Notes: generated from the letters alone by a model not told the origin. 62,174 nucleotides of DNA from an uncultured Pirellulaceae bacterium (GCA_938003615.1 CALKXO010000004.1:1-62174), one strand, 5' to 3'; positions 20,046 through 29,264 are shown, counted from the first letter of the stretch. Translations and numbers: made by a program.

Positions 20046-20138
20046 CGCCTTTTTTCCACAAGGCGTTGTTGGGGTAAGTTCTATCGTAGTAGGTTCTATC
20101 GTAGCGCCAGAAGCCGTTTCAAGCTAAACGCTTCATAG

Positions 20139-20690
20139 CTATGACGTAATTCGAGCGACCATCACTTCGATCAACGCGCGGCAGAAATCGGGCAGATCAT
20201 CCGGACGACGACTGGTAATGTGATGGCCATCGACGACCACGCTGGCGTCTTCGTAACGGCCTCCCGCGTTAACAAGGTCGTCTTTGATCCCCGGTGATCC
20301 GGTCACGCGCACGCCGCGATAGACGTTGGCACTGATCGGGATCCAGCCACCATGACAAATGGCGGCGATGGGCTTCTTGGCATCGTCAAAAGCGCGCACG
20401 ATTTCTAAAACCTTCGGGTCGCGCCGCAGTTTGTCCGGCATAAAACCACCCGGAGCCAGCAACGCATCAAACTTACTGGCATCACAATCCGCGATCGCAA
20501 CGTCGCTGGTACACGGGTATCCATTTTTTCCGGCGTAGGTTCTTCCAGCCTCCGGTTCCGCAACGACCACTTCGCAACCGGCTTCAATTAATCGTAATTT
20601 GGGATACCACAGTTCAAGGTCCTCGTAGATGTCGCCCGTGAAAGCCAACATTCGTTGACCCGTTAGAGGAAGTGCTGGTGAAGAATTCAT
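20139..20690 (-). CDS. PfpI/DJ-1 family protein
   Basis: YEDLELWYP, PGGFMPDKLR, AAICHGGW and ITSRRPDDLP. Confidence 0.92.
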   Translation of the reverse strand: MNSSPALPLTGQRMLAFTGDIYEDLELWYPKLRLIEAGCEVVVAEPEAGRTYAGKNGYPCTSDVAIADCDASKFDALLAPGGFMPDKLRRDPKVLEIVRAFDDAKKPIAAICHGGWIPISANVYRGVRVTGSPGIKDDLVNAGGRYEDASVVVDGHHITSRRPDDLPDFCRALIEVMVARITS

Positions 20691-20840
20691 AAAGTTTGCA
20701 GTAGTTGAGGTGATGATCAGACCAATCGCAAAGAATTGTAATCGATTCTGAGGACGCACAACCATCGTGTTCGTGGTATATTCAAAATGGTCGTAGTCCA
20801 TGTGACGACTGTTTATTTTATTCGATGACCAAGGTTTTCA

Positions 20841-21341
20841 ATGCGAACAACTGCTACAAGTTTGGTCTTTCTGATTTTGATGGCCGGGTGTGATAATTCG
20901 CCGAAAAACCAGCAAGCCGCCAATTCAACACAACCAACAACGCCAGCGATGGAAATCAATTCAGAGAAGACGGAAACACCAAGCGTAGAGTCGACTGACG
21001 AAGCGCAAGCCCAGAAAGCCATGTTGGCCGCTGCATTAGCTCAGGTCAAATCCGGCAAGGCACTACTGGTGGATGTTCGTCGCGATGAAGAGTGGAACGA
21101 GTTCCATTTTCAATCCGCTAAACATATTCCGATCGCCAAGATCAATGAGGATGCCAAGGCAGCTTTTGCAGGCATCGAAAAAGAACAGACCGTGTTCTTC
21201 CACTGACGTGGAGGTGGACGCGCCGGTCGGGCTGCGGAAGAGCTATCAAAACAGGGCTACAATGTTGTTCCTCTGAAATGCAAATACGAGGCAATTAAAG
21301 AAGCCGGTTTTAAGGAAGCGGTTAAAGAGGCAACAGAGTAA
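20841..21341 (+). CDS. Rhodanese-domain lipoprotein with in-frame TGA at the catalytic position (probable selenoprotein, 166 aa)
   Basis: Lipobox-like LMAGC and LLVDVRRDEEWNEFH...AKHIPI. Reading through TGA 21204-21206 gives TVFFH-U-RGGGRAGRAAEELSKQGYNVV... to TAA at 21339-21341. Confidence 0.8.
21219..21236 (+). promoter_or_regulatory. Putative bacterial SECIS hairpin
   Basis: After a 12-nt spacer following the TGA: CGC-GCC [GGTCG] GGC-T-GCG, with a G-starting apical loop and a bulged U. Confidence 0.55.
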
Positions 21342-21385
21342 AAGTGAACGCTTAGAGAGTTAATGCGAGTTAATGCTTAGCAACG

Positions 21386-21430
21386 AAGAAGGCTCGGTAC
21401 TATTAATATCAATAGCACCGGGCCTCTTTT
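21386..21430. terminator. Bidirectional intrinsic terminator
   Basis: AGGCTCGGTACTATT...AATAGCACCGGGCCT with purine and T-rich flanks, between convergent genes. Confidence 0.7.
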
Positions 21431-21433
21431 AGT

Positions 21434-22399
21434 TTACGACAATTCGATTGCTTCGATTTCAGTCACGAATCGGTCTCGATCTCTCGACAAAAACGAATTA
21501 ACGACTTTGAATACCGAATCGCTGAAACCGCCGACGTTCAGGATATCCTTCCGGTCGGGTGCCTGCGAATTGCCTGATGGCTGAATGTCGATGCAGACCA
21601 AACGTGGATCGCCTTGTTGGCGATTAACAAATTTGTTCCACTCCGTCATCACAACCGTCGAACCGTATCGTCCTCGGCCAACCCAACTTTCGTTGTCGCT
21701 GACCAACACGATTCCAGCAAACTTTCGTCCCGCAAGTCGGCCGGAGTTTGCCTCCGCAATGGGGATGGAGCAGTCTGTTCCACCGCCGACGAATTTAGAC
21801 AAACGCTTCGACATGCTGAGAATCGTGTCTCCCGGATCGACGCGCACCTTATGGGCGCGCGTGTCGAAGGGAACGACCACACTGTCAGGATTTCGCCGGA
21901 CAATCGCTGCGGCAAACAAAGCTGCCACATCAACGCAACGCATCTTTGACGTCGCACCACGACCTCGGTTACCTATTGCCGGCATCGTCATTGATCCAGA
22001 CGTATCGAGACCAATCACTACCGGACCCGGCAAACGAGGAATGTTTCCGCAAGCGATCTCGACCACTTGATCAAAGATCTTGTGGGTCAGCGCGGTGTCA
22101 CGTGAGGACAGGATTACGAATAGGGCCGCTGGCATGTCCTTCATGAACGCTTTCTTTCGCGCGTACACGGCCAGACGAGCCAAGAATTCATTGTCGTCGA
22201 TTTGATTGACAAGTTGCAGGATTTGCACCAGCTGATCGCGTCCGCGCGTGTGGTAGGTGTTGTTGAAACAACCGGTCGCTGCGATTTGAGCTAGGGCTTG
22301 CTTGGCAGGGAGCGCATAAGCGCGACCGCCTGCGTCGTTGGTTGTGTTCGCGCGAGTGAATTTACTGGTAATGCTGGAGAATAGAGTTTTGTTAGCCAT
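21434..22399 (-). CDS. Ro60/Rsr (TROVE + vWA) homolog with large in-frame internal deletion (possible pseudogene)
   Basis: MANKTLF...NDAGGRAY...ALAQIAATGCFNNTY...YARKKAFMKDMPA joined directly to EIACGNIP...GLDTSGSM (MIDAS DxSxS), GGGTDCS, VSDNESW and LNVGGFSD. Only 321 aa versus about 520 aa typical. Confidence 0.85.
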   Translation of the reverse strand: MANKTLFSSITSKFTRANTTNDAGGRAYALPAKQALAQIAATGCFNNTYHTRGRDQLVQILQLVNQIDDNEFLARLAVYARKKAFMKDMPAALFVILSSRDTALTHKIFDQVVEIACGNIPRLPGPVVIGLDTSGSMTMPAIGNRGRGATSKMRCVDVAALFAAAIVRRNPDSVVVPFDTRAHKVRVDPGDTILSMSKRLSKFVGGGTDCSIPIAEANSGRLAGRKFAGIVLVSDNESWVGRGRYGSTVVMTEWNKFVNRQQGDPRLVCIDIQPSGNSQAPDRKDILNVGGFSDSVFKVVNSFLSRDRDRFVTEIEAIELS

Positions 22400-22427
22400 G
22401 TTTGATGACTCCATAAAAAAGAAAAAT

Positions 22428-22493
22428 ATCCGACGAGGAAACGGTGTAGAAGGGGCACATTTGCAATGATGTATTCCACACCAGCAGTCGGAT
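22428..22493 (-). ncRNA. Y-RNA-like ncRNA 2 (short form, about 66 nt)
   Basis: Terminal stem AUCCGAC/GUCGGAU and inner stem GGUGUGGAA/UUCUACACC, with G-U pairs on the minus strand. Shares 5' CUGCyGGU..GGA.UACAU and 3' CCUCGU(U)CGG with the adjacent copy. Confidence 0.75.
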
Positions 22494-22503
22494 CGAAAAA
22501 GGG

Positions 22504-22608
22504 CCGAACGAGGATTGGGCAGAGTTATTAACGCAAGGTTGTCGCGTTTCAGTGGACTCGAACCACACGCCCGAGGGCGTTTGCCATGTACTCCAACCGG
22601 CAGTTCGG
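22504..22608 (-). ncRNA. Y-RNA-like ncRNA 1 with tRNA-like domain (about 105 nt)
   Basis: Terminal stem CCGAAC/GUUCGG, T-arm GUGG-UUCGAGU-CCAC (22552-22566), and hairpins ACGCC-CUCG-GGCGU and AACGCGA-CAACC-UUGCGUU. Immediately upstream of Ro60. Confidence 0.82.
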
Positions 22609-22882
22609 TATTTCAAAAATTTCGACGAAGTGTTTGAGCAGAGAGATACGTACGACTGTACGTGAGGCTGCTATTCGGTCGGTTGTTTACTAGTCGGTTG
22701 GGCGATAGCAATGGTTTTGATGGTGCGTATGGTTGGAGCTATCGCCCAAAAGCCCAAACGACTGGAGCTAACGCGATCGATTCTCAAATAAGTCACGCAT
22801 CAGGTTGGTCTTGGCAACGATTTGATGTGGTAGAATCTTAATGCGGAGATGAAACTCAATTGTTTAGCGATCAGAGACAGCC

Positions 22883-23263
22883 ATGGAAGTGAAGCAACCA
22901 CCGTTGGAATCGATGAGTGAAGAAGCAAGCAAAAAGGAACACCAAAGGGGGATGTTCCTGCCTCTTTCACAGCTTGCAAATTTCGTGATTCCGATCGCGG
23001 GGCTGGTGGCTCCGATTGTCATTTGGCAAATCAAGAAAGATGAATACCCGGTTATTGACGCTCACGGAAAAAGCGCGTTGAATTGGCTTATTTCTTCAGC
23101 AATTTACGCGCTTGTTGGCTTAGCGACGTTCGTCTTTCTTGTCGGCTTTTTTATTCTGTTGGCAGTGGTTGTTTGTGGAGTTGTTTTTCCTATCATTGCC
23201 GGCATCAAAGCTAACAATGGTGAAGTCTGGAAATATCCGCTGACGTTTTCGTTTCTGAAATAG
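22883..23263 (+). CDS. DUF4870 family 3-TM membrane protein
   Basis: APIVIWQIKKDE..IDAHGKSALNW...IIAGIKANNGEVWKYP. Confidence 0.85.
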   Translation: MEVKQPPLESMSEEASKKEHQRGMFLPLSQLANFVIPIAGLVAPIVIWQIKKDEYPVIDAHGKSALNWLISSAIYALVGLATFVFLVGFFILLAVVVCGVVFPIIAGIKANNGEVWKYPLTFSFLK

Positions 23264-23292
23264 GAGATTCGCATGAAACAAGAGAGCGACGC

Positions 23293-23985
23293 ATGAAACG
23301 AATTCTTGAACCGGAACTGATGGATACGCCCGAGGCGGCGGCGGAATACAACGCGCTGGCTCACGCCGAGGTAAACCGTTTGTTCGCACAGGATTTTTTG
23401 GCGTTTGCGCAGCAGGCCTATGCAAACGATCTGGACGCAGTGGCTTGGAACGTCCTAGACGTGGGAACAGGAACAGCGTTGCTGCCGATCGAATTGTGCA
23501 AAATTAACAGTGACGTAAACGTTGTGGCGATTGATGACGCGGTGAGTATGTTGGATCTGGCCATCTACAATTTGGAAGCGGCCGGCATGCGTGAGCGTAT
23601 CGCCTTGGCCAAGGTGGATGCGAAGGCCATGCCGTATGATGATAACTCAATCGAGATGGTGATTGCCAACTCGATTCACCATCACATTCCAGACCCCCAA
23701 GTTTGCTTTGCGGAAATAGTGCGCGTGACTGAAGATGACGGAATCCTGTTTGCCAGAGATTTGGCGCGTCCGGATGACGAGCAGGCGATCGACGCATTGG
23801 TGAAACGGTATGTCGCAAAGGAATCGACGGAGAGTCAACGGTTGTTTGCTCAATCGCTGAGAGCTTCTTTGACGGTTGATGATGTGGCTGACATTGTCGA
23901 GTCATTGGGGTTTGAACGCAGCAGCGTTTCGATGACATCGGATCGTCATTGGACATGGGCGGCGGTGAAAGAAGTCGTTGGCTAA
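23293..23985 (+). CDS. Class I SAM-dependent methyltransferase
   Basis: VLDVGTGT, RILEPELMD, NSIHHH, RDLARP and TSDRHW. Confidence 0.9.
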   Translation: MKRILEPELMDTPEAAAEYNALAHAEVNRLFAQDFLAFAQQAYANDLDAVAWNVLDVGTGTALLPIELCKINSDVNVVAIDDAVSMLDLAIYNLEAAGMRERIALAKVDAKAMPYDDNSIEMVIANSIHHHIPDPQVCFAEIVRVTEDDGILFARDLARPDDEQAIDALVKRYVAKESTESQRLFAQSLRASLTVDDVADIVESLGFERSSVSMTSDRHWTWAAVKEVVG

Positions 23986-24004
23986 TAGTGGGAGGCGGGT
24001 TGTT

Positions 24005-24158
24005 GTGGCCAATGGGAGCGACCAACGGAGTGGCCAACGGAGTGGCCAACGGTGGGCGGAGCAACCGGTGCTAGTGCACAAACGGCTAACGAGCTGGAGC
24101 GGAATTCAATGATCTAAAGTGGGTTGATCTGTTAGCCGTTTTGGCTCTAGCCACGGTT
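24005..24158. repeat. 12-bp tandem repeats plus an inverted pair of the MITE core motif
   Basis: (GTGGCCAACGGA) x about 4 at 24005-24055; AACCGGTGCTAGTGCACAAACGGCTAAC (24063-24090) and GTTAGCCGTTTTGGCTCTAGCCACGGTT (24131-24158). Confidence 0.65.
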
Positions 24159-24581
24159 CTGCTGCATGGTAGTCGATGAACGAGTGACTGTCGCTTTCGA
24201 GAGTACTGCAACCGCATTTAGAGACTACATGCGTCGGTCCTGTCGGTCTTGCGCAAAGAGCGTGTAGTCGATCACACACCCTAGGTCGTCTCCTTGCAGG
24301 AATGTTCCGTAAACGGTCCATGTGATGGAGTACGCTAGCGGAGGATTGTCCATCGCAGGTCTGGAAGAAGAGGACAAGGGTTCAGAGATGCTTGGAACAA
24401 TATATCAGGCCAGAACAAGCACTGCAATTATTTGGATTTATTGCGAGTTTTCGCAGGTTGAGAGGGAAGGGGGAGTAGGGCTGCACCGGTTGCGCAAGTT
24501 TGTGTTTGTCCCCTCATTTGCAGAGTAGAGCCTTTGGTTGGAGATGAGCTAACCCCATAGCCACGGCGACCAAACCACACG

Positions 24582-24620
24582 AAAAAACCCTACTCCATTT
24601 GAATGAAGCAGGGCTTTCTT
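24582..24620 (-). terminator. Intrinsic terminator of fbaA
   Basis: Minus strand CCCUGCUUCAU/AUGGAGUAGGG followed by UUUUUU. Confidence 0.75.
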
Positions 24621-24653
24621 GTTTTTTGATTCTTCAACAAACGTTGTTGAGGC

Positions 24654-25739
24654 TTACGCGAGGCCTTCGCAGCGATTGATGCAGTTCAGATCTTCGAATG
24701 CTTCCTTCAAGCGTGCCACGAATTGGTCTTCGCCTTTACGCAGCCACTTGCGTGGATCGTAGTACTTCTTGTTTGGAATGTCGTCGCCGTCTGGGTTACC
24801 CAGCTGTGTCTGCAAGTAGCCTTCGTTGGCTTTGTAGTATTCCAGAACACCCTGCCAAGTCGCCCACTGCATGTCAGTATCAAGATTCATCTTGATCGCA
24901 CCGTAGTCGATCGCTTCGCGAATCTCTTCACGCGTCGATCCTGACCCGCCGTGGAAGACAAAGTTGACGGGAAGATCGCCAGTGCCATGCTTCTCTTTGA
25001 TGTGATCTTGAGAGTTCTTCAAGATGATTGGCTGCAGGCTGACGTTGCCTGGCTTGTAGACGCCATGGACGTTGCCGAAAGCTGCCGCAATAGTAAAGCT
25101 TGGCGAGATCTTGCCGAGCTCCTCATAGAAGTACGCAACTTCCGAAGGCTGTGTGTACAGTTTTGAGCTGTCGACATCAGTGTTATCGACGCCGTCTTCC
25201 TCACCACCGGTGATGCCCAGCTCAACTTCGATCGTCATGCCGATTTTTGCCATCCGCTCGAAATACTTACAGCTGATTTCGACGTTCTCTTCTAGTGACT
25301 CTTCCGACAGGTCCAGCATGTGGGAACTGTAAAGCGGTTGGCCCGTTTGCTCGAAGTGCTTTTCACCCGCATCCAACAGTCCGTCGATCCATGGCAACAG
25401 TTTCTTGGCACAGTGATCAGTGTGCAGGACAACCGGAACACCGTAGTGGCCAGCCATTTGGTGAACGTGATGAGCACCGGAGATGCTACCTGCGATGTCG
25501 GCGGCTTGATTGTCATTGGAAAGGCTTTTGCCCGCGTAGTAATATCCACCGCCGTTTGAGAACTGAACCATGACAGGTGAGTTCACCGCAGCAGCAGTCT
25601 CCAGAACGGCGTTGATGGACATCGTGCTGACAACGTTGACCGCTGGCATCGCGTAGTTGTTCTTGTTGGCGTTGGCCAGCAATTGGTCCAGTGCCTCACC
25701 AGAGACAACGCCTGGCTTGATTTGTGTGGTAGTGCTCAT
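24654..25739 (-). CDS. fbaA: Class II fructose-bisphosphate aldolase
   Basis: LHTDHC, SSHMLDLSEE, TGGEEDG, FGNVHGVYKPG, VFHGGSGS and KYYDPRKWLR. Confidence 0.97.
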   Translation of the reverse strand: MSTTTQIKPGVVSGEALDQLLANANKNNYAMPAVNVVSTMSINAVLETAAAVNSPVMVQFSNGGGYYYAGKSLSNDNQAADIAGSISGAHHVHQMAGHYGVPVVLHTDHCAKKLLPWIDGLLDAGEKHFEQTGQPLYSSHMLDLSEESLEENVEISCKYFERMAKIGMTIEVELGITGGEEDGVDNTDVDSSKLYTQPSEVAYFYEELGKISPSFTIAAAFGNVHGVYKPGNVSLQPIILKNSQDHIKEKHGTGDLPVNFVFHGGSGSTREEIREAIDYGAIKMNLDTDMQWATWQGVLEYYKANEGYLQTQLGNPDGDDIPNKKYYDPRKWLRKGEDQFVARLKEAFEDLNCINRCEGLA

Positions 25740-25935
25740 GAATCAGTTTCAGGTGAAGGATGACAGGAAGACGAACCAAAGGCGGAAATCCCTTGGCCGT
25801 TTTGAAAGCGCACATTGTATTCGGATCAGTCGATCTGACAACGTCCGAAACAGCACAACAGTAGGGGGCTGGGAACTTCCTATACCGGCGTTTAGGGGCG
25901 TTGACAGAGTGCCAGAGGCGCTGGAGCGGGCCAAG

Positions 25936-26646
25936 CTATGGTGCTGGTAAGGGTTGGGTAGCTTCAGCTGAGTTTTCTGCCGAACTGCTGGGCGTCGCCG
26001 TGCTGTTTGTTTCAGATTGGGCTGGCCGAAATTCAAGCGCGGCCGAATTCATACAGTACCGCAGCCCGGTCGGCGCCGGCCCGTCATTAAAGACATGCCC
26101 CAAATGAGCATCGCAGCGATTGCAAGTGTTTTCGGTGCGACGCATTCCGTGGGACAGGTCGACGATCGAGGTAACTGAAGTGTCGTCGATCGCTTTAAAA
26201 AAGCTTGGCCAACCCGTACCCGATTTGAATTTGGTTGATGCATCGAACAAGGGCAGTTCACAGCATTTGCAAACGTAGATTCCAGGTTGCTTGTTGTCCC
26301 AATATTTTCCCGTGAACGGGCGCTCGGTCCCCTTCATCCGCGTCACTTGGTATTCGGTTGGCGTCAATTGGGCGCGCCATTGTTCATCCGTTTTACGAAT
26401 TTTTTCAATCACGCCAGTCGTCAAAGCGGGTGCTGGTTTGGAAGAGGATCCTTCCGACATGGGCGTTTTGCTAGACGAGCCTGTTTGAGCGGCAGGTTTG
26501 GTGGATGATCCCGCGCTAGATGCAGGCGGTTCTTGGCAAGCCCCGAATGGACAAATGGACAGGCTGAGCACCGCAGCAGTGGCCAGAAAGCTAATTGCGG
26601 GCGGTTTAGAACGGCGGCTACCTAGATTCATTGTATCTTGTTCCAT
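25936..26646 (-). CDS. msrB: Exported peptide-methionine (R)-S-oxide reductase
   Basis: [41 protein letters not shown]; N-terminal signal and low-complexity linker. Start uncertain. Confidence 0.92.
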   Translation of the reverse strand: MEQDTMNLGSRRSKPPAISFLATAAVLSLSICPFGACQEPPASSAGSSTKPAAQTGSSSKTPMSEGSSSKPAPALTTGVIEKIRKTDEQWRAQLTPTEYQVTRMKGTERPFTGKYWDNKQPGIYVCKCCELPLFDASTKFKSGTGWPSFFKAIDDTSVTSIVDLSHGMRRTENTCNRCDAHLGHVFNDGPAPTGLRYCMNSAALEFRPAQSETNSTATPSSSAENSAEATQPLPAP

Positions 26647-26786
26647 TTTCGTGTGTTCTTTGAAAGAAAAATTCAAGCCAGCCTCGTCCCTATTGTAGGC
26701 ACGACTGGGCTATCCGGCGATACTGATGTTTCCCACGTCTGCTGGAACTCTCGTTTTGTCGCTGTCAAATCGTAAATTTCTCAAGC

Positions 26787-27551
26787 ATGAAGCCAATGAA
26801 TCCGAATGCCCCTTCTCAAACTGGCGCCGCCATGCCCCAGAGGTCAGGGATGCGAAAAGCAATCATGTTATGCTTGGTGCTGCTGGCCGCGGTCGTTTGT
26901 TTCTTCGCCGTAAGGCAATATTTGGATATAGGCTTTTTGGCTTCTCAAGAACAACTTCTTCAAGACTATTATCGGTCCAATCCGGTGATTGTTTTGGTTG
27001 CAGCATTTGCGATCTACGCAACGGTTACCGGATTGTCGGTTCCGGGGGCATCGCCAATGTCGTTAGTGATGGCTTGGTTCTTTGGATTTTCAACAGCCTT
27101 GGTACTGATCAGCTGCGCCTCGACAGCCGGAGCTACTATCGCATTCCTGATCAGTCGCTACTTGTTTCGGGATTGGATTCAGGCGCGTTTTGGCGGCCGC
27201 CTAGAAAAATTCAACACGGCTTTGGAAGAGGAAGGGGCGTTTTACTTGTTCACGCTCCGATTGATCCCATTGGTCCCGTTTTTTGTGATCAATTCAGTCA
27301 TGGGTTTGACGAAGCTGCGTACGACCACGTTTTGGTGGGTTAGCCAGCTGGGGATGTTGGCTGGTACGGCAGTGTATTGCTACGCCGGATCGCGTATCCC
27401 CGATCTGCAGACACTTCGAGAGCAGGGCGTTGGAGCGGTGATCAATCAGCAACAGTTAACGCAGATCACGATCGCGCTTGTGTTGCTGGGACTGTTTCCG
27501 ATCGTCGCGAAGAAGACGATTGGGCTATTTCGCCCCCAAGTGCAGCAATAG
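26787..27551 (+). CDS. TVP38/TMEM64 (DedA superfamily) membrane protein
   Basis: GATIAFLISRYLFRD, LRLIPLVPFFVIN and SQLGMLAGT. Confidence 0.9.
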   Translation: MKPMNPNAPSQTGAAMPQRSGMRKAIMLCLVLLAAVVCFFAVRQYLDIGFLASQEQLLQDYYRSNPVIVLVAAFAIYATVTGLSVPGASPMSLVMAWFFGFSTALVLISCASTAGATIAFLISRYLFRDWIQARFGGRLEKFNTALEEEGAFYLFTLRLIPLVPFFVINSVMGLTKLRTTTFWWVSQLGMLAGTAVYCYAGSRIPDLQTLREQGVGAVINQQQLTQITIALVLLGLFPIVAKKTIGLFRPQVQQ

Positions 27552-27632
27552 TTGTTGGGACAAGGGACAAGCTGTTGGGAACCAGCTATTTAATCCGGCC
27601 AACCTTCCCCTTGCGAATGCTCGGCTGAGATT

Positions 27633-27677
27633 CGGATCATGTCCCCACGGATCATGTCCCCACGGATCAAGTCCACG
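27633..27677. repeat. 15-bp tandem repeat x3
   Basis: CGGATCATGTCCCCA CGGATCATGTCCCCA CGGATCAAGTCCAC. Confidence 0.75.
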
Positions 27678-27858
27678 CTAGAATCTCGAAACGAAAATTT
27701 GATCTCAAAACGAGACAGGACCAGCGCTTTTGCCGACCTTAAGAGGGGTTGGGAAAGAATTACCCAAGTGATAGCAGAAAGTTAATTGAGACATTTCCCT
27801 TGTGAAAACAGCCTTTTCTTGCTGCTGCGGTACTTTTATGGCATCTGGCCAGATCGAT

Positions 27859-27874
27859 TGGCATCCTGTTTGCA
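27859..27874 (+). promoter_or_regulatory. Sigma54 (-24/-12) promoter
   Basis: TGGCATCCTGTTTGCA: GG (27860-61), N10, GC (27872-73). Predicted +1 near 27885, at the start of the hairpin array. Confidence 0.75.
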
Positions 27875-27884
27875 TAAGAGATTT

Positions 27885-28188
27885 GTCAGAGTGGAGGCCA
27901 AAGCCTTAAGCGTTCTCATCCCATCCGCCGTCTCAGGGGCTTCTCCACTCTTTTTAAATCATTCCAGTATAGATGAAGTGCTCTTCTCTCCTTTTGGCAC
28001 GCCTCATCTTCTCAATTTGCCAAGTCTGTCTTTTCATTGCAGGCAATTAAAATCTTGAAGTGGGGGCCGAAAGCCTTAAGCGTTCTCATCCCATCCGCCG
28101 TCTCAGGGGCTTCTCCACTTCAATTTTTGAAATCATTCCTAGACAGACGCAGTGCTCTCTTCTCATCGCACGCCGCGTCTGTTTTTTT
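27885..28188 (+). ncRNA. Putative sRNA array: two tandem 170-bp units, each with hairpin A and hairpin B
   Basis: 50-bp identical core (27900-27949 = 28070-28119), compensatory stem changes between units, CU-rich loops and U-tracts after the hairpins. Confidence 0.7.
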
Positions 28189-28295
28189 GCGCACAGGTCT
28201 TCCATTTGGAGGGCATCGGCCCCAGAGGTCGGTCGCGGCCAAGTTCGAGTTGGCTGCGACTAACCTACTGCCTCCCTTTAACCTACTGGTGGCAT

Positions 28296-29264
28296 TTAGC
28301 CTACTGGCTGATCGATCATGCTGGCGATCAAAGCCTCCAGTTTGACGATGTCAGCTGAGAATTTGCGAATTCCTTCGGCTGTCTTTTCGGTGGCCATCGC
28401 ATCTTCGTTCATCAGCCAGCGGAAGTTCTTTTCGTCGCAGACCACTTTCTCAATCTCCATGCTCTTGGCGGCATCTGCGTCGAGTTTTTGAGCGATCGAC
28501 TCATCCGAATTTTGCAACTCCTCCAGCAACTTGGGGCTGATCGTCAGCAGATCGCAACCGGCCAATTCGATGATTTGGCCTACGTTGCGGAAACTGGCTC
28601 CCATGACTTCGGTAGGGTAGCCAAATTTCTTGTAGTAGTTGTAGATCTCAGTTACCGACTGGACGCCCGGATCTTCAGCGCCGACGTAGTCACGGTCCTC
28701 AGCCTTTTTGTACCAATCGTAAATCCTACCAACGAATGGGGAAATCAGCTTGATGTCGGCCTCCGCACAGGCGACGGCCTGAGCCAGCGAAAACAGTAAC
28801 GTTAGATTACAGTTGATCTCCTCTTTTTGCAGGATCTCTGCAGCTTTGATACCCTCCCACGTCGAAGCGATCTTGATCAAGACGCGCTCGCGCGATGTGC
28901 CAGATTTTTCGTACAAGTCGATCAACGTGCGCGCTTTGGCAACGGTGCCTTCGGTGTCGAAGGAAAGCCGGGCGTCGGTTTCGGTGGAAACTCGACCGGG
29001 AACCACTTTCAAGATTTCGTTACCAAAAAGAATAAGTACACGATCGATTACCGCTTCGACCAATTGATCTTTCGGAAGATCGGATTCCTTTAGTTCATCG
29101 ACAGCTTGCTGAACCAAGTATTGGTATTTCTCTTCTTTGGTTGCAGCCAGAATTAGTGACGGGTTAGTGGTTGCGTCTTGAGGTTTGTATTCGTCCATCG
29201 CTTGGAAATCGCCTGTATCGGCAACGACGGTGGTCCACTGTTTTAATTGATCTAGCTGGTTCAT
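28296..29264 (-). CDS. tal: Transaldolase
   Basis: [41 protein letters not shown] and MGASFR. Confidence 0.97.
   Translation of the reverse strand: MNQLDQLKQWTTVVADTGDFQAMDEYKPQDATTNPSLILAATKEEKYQYLVQQAVDELKESDLPKDQLVEAVIDRVLILFGNEILKVVPGRVSTETDARLSFDTEGTVAKARTLIDLYEKSGTSRERVLIKIASTWEGIKAAEILQKEEINCNLTLLFSLAQAVACAEADIKLISPFVGRIYDWYKKAEDRDYVGAEDPGVQSVTEIYNYYKKFGYPTEVMGASFRNVGQIIELAGCDLLTISPKLLEELQNSDESIAQKLDADAAKSMEIEKVVCDEKNFRWLMNEDAMATEKTAEGIRKFSADIVKLEALIASMIDQPVG

Noticed and set aside
22504-22608. tRNA gene suggested by GGTTCGAGTCC
   Set aside because: No canonical acceptor, D or anticodon arrangement and no CCA. Paralogy with the neighbouring RNA and the position next to Ro60 fit a Y RNA better.
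24106-24528. Short ORFs (71 and 68 aa) between the methyltransferase gene and fbaA
   Set aside because: No motifs, and one overlaps a repeat element; probably non-coding or decayed sequence.
27900-28119. 50-bp direct repeat considered as a CRISPR array or hammerhead ribozyme
   Set aside because: Only two copies, a 120-bp 'spacer' that is itself homologous between units, no cas genes, and no CUGANGA/GAAA core on one strand.
27786-28358. Short ORFs (90, 102, 67 and 68 aa) across the repeat region
   Set aside because: No protein-like features; the substitutions between units preserve base pairing rather than codons.
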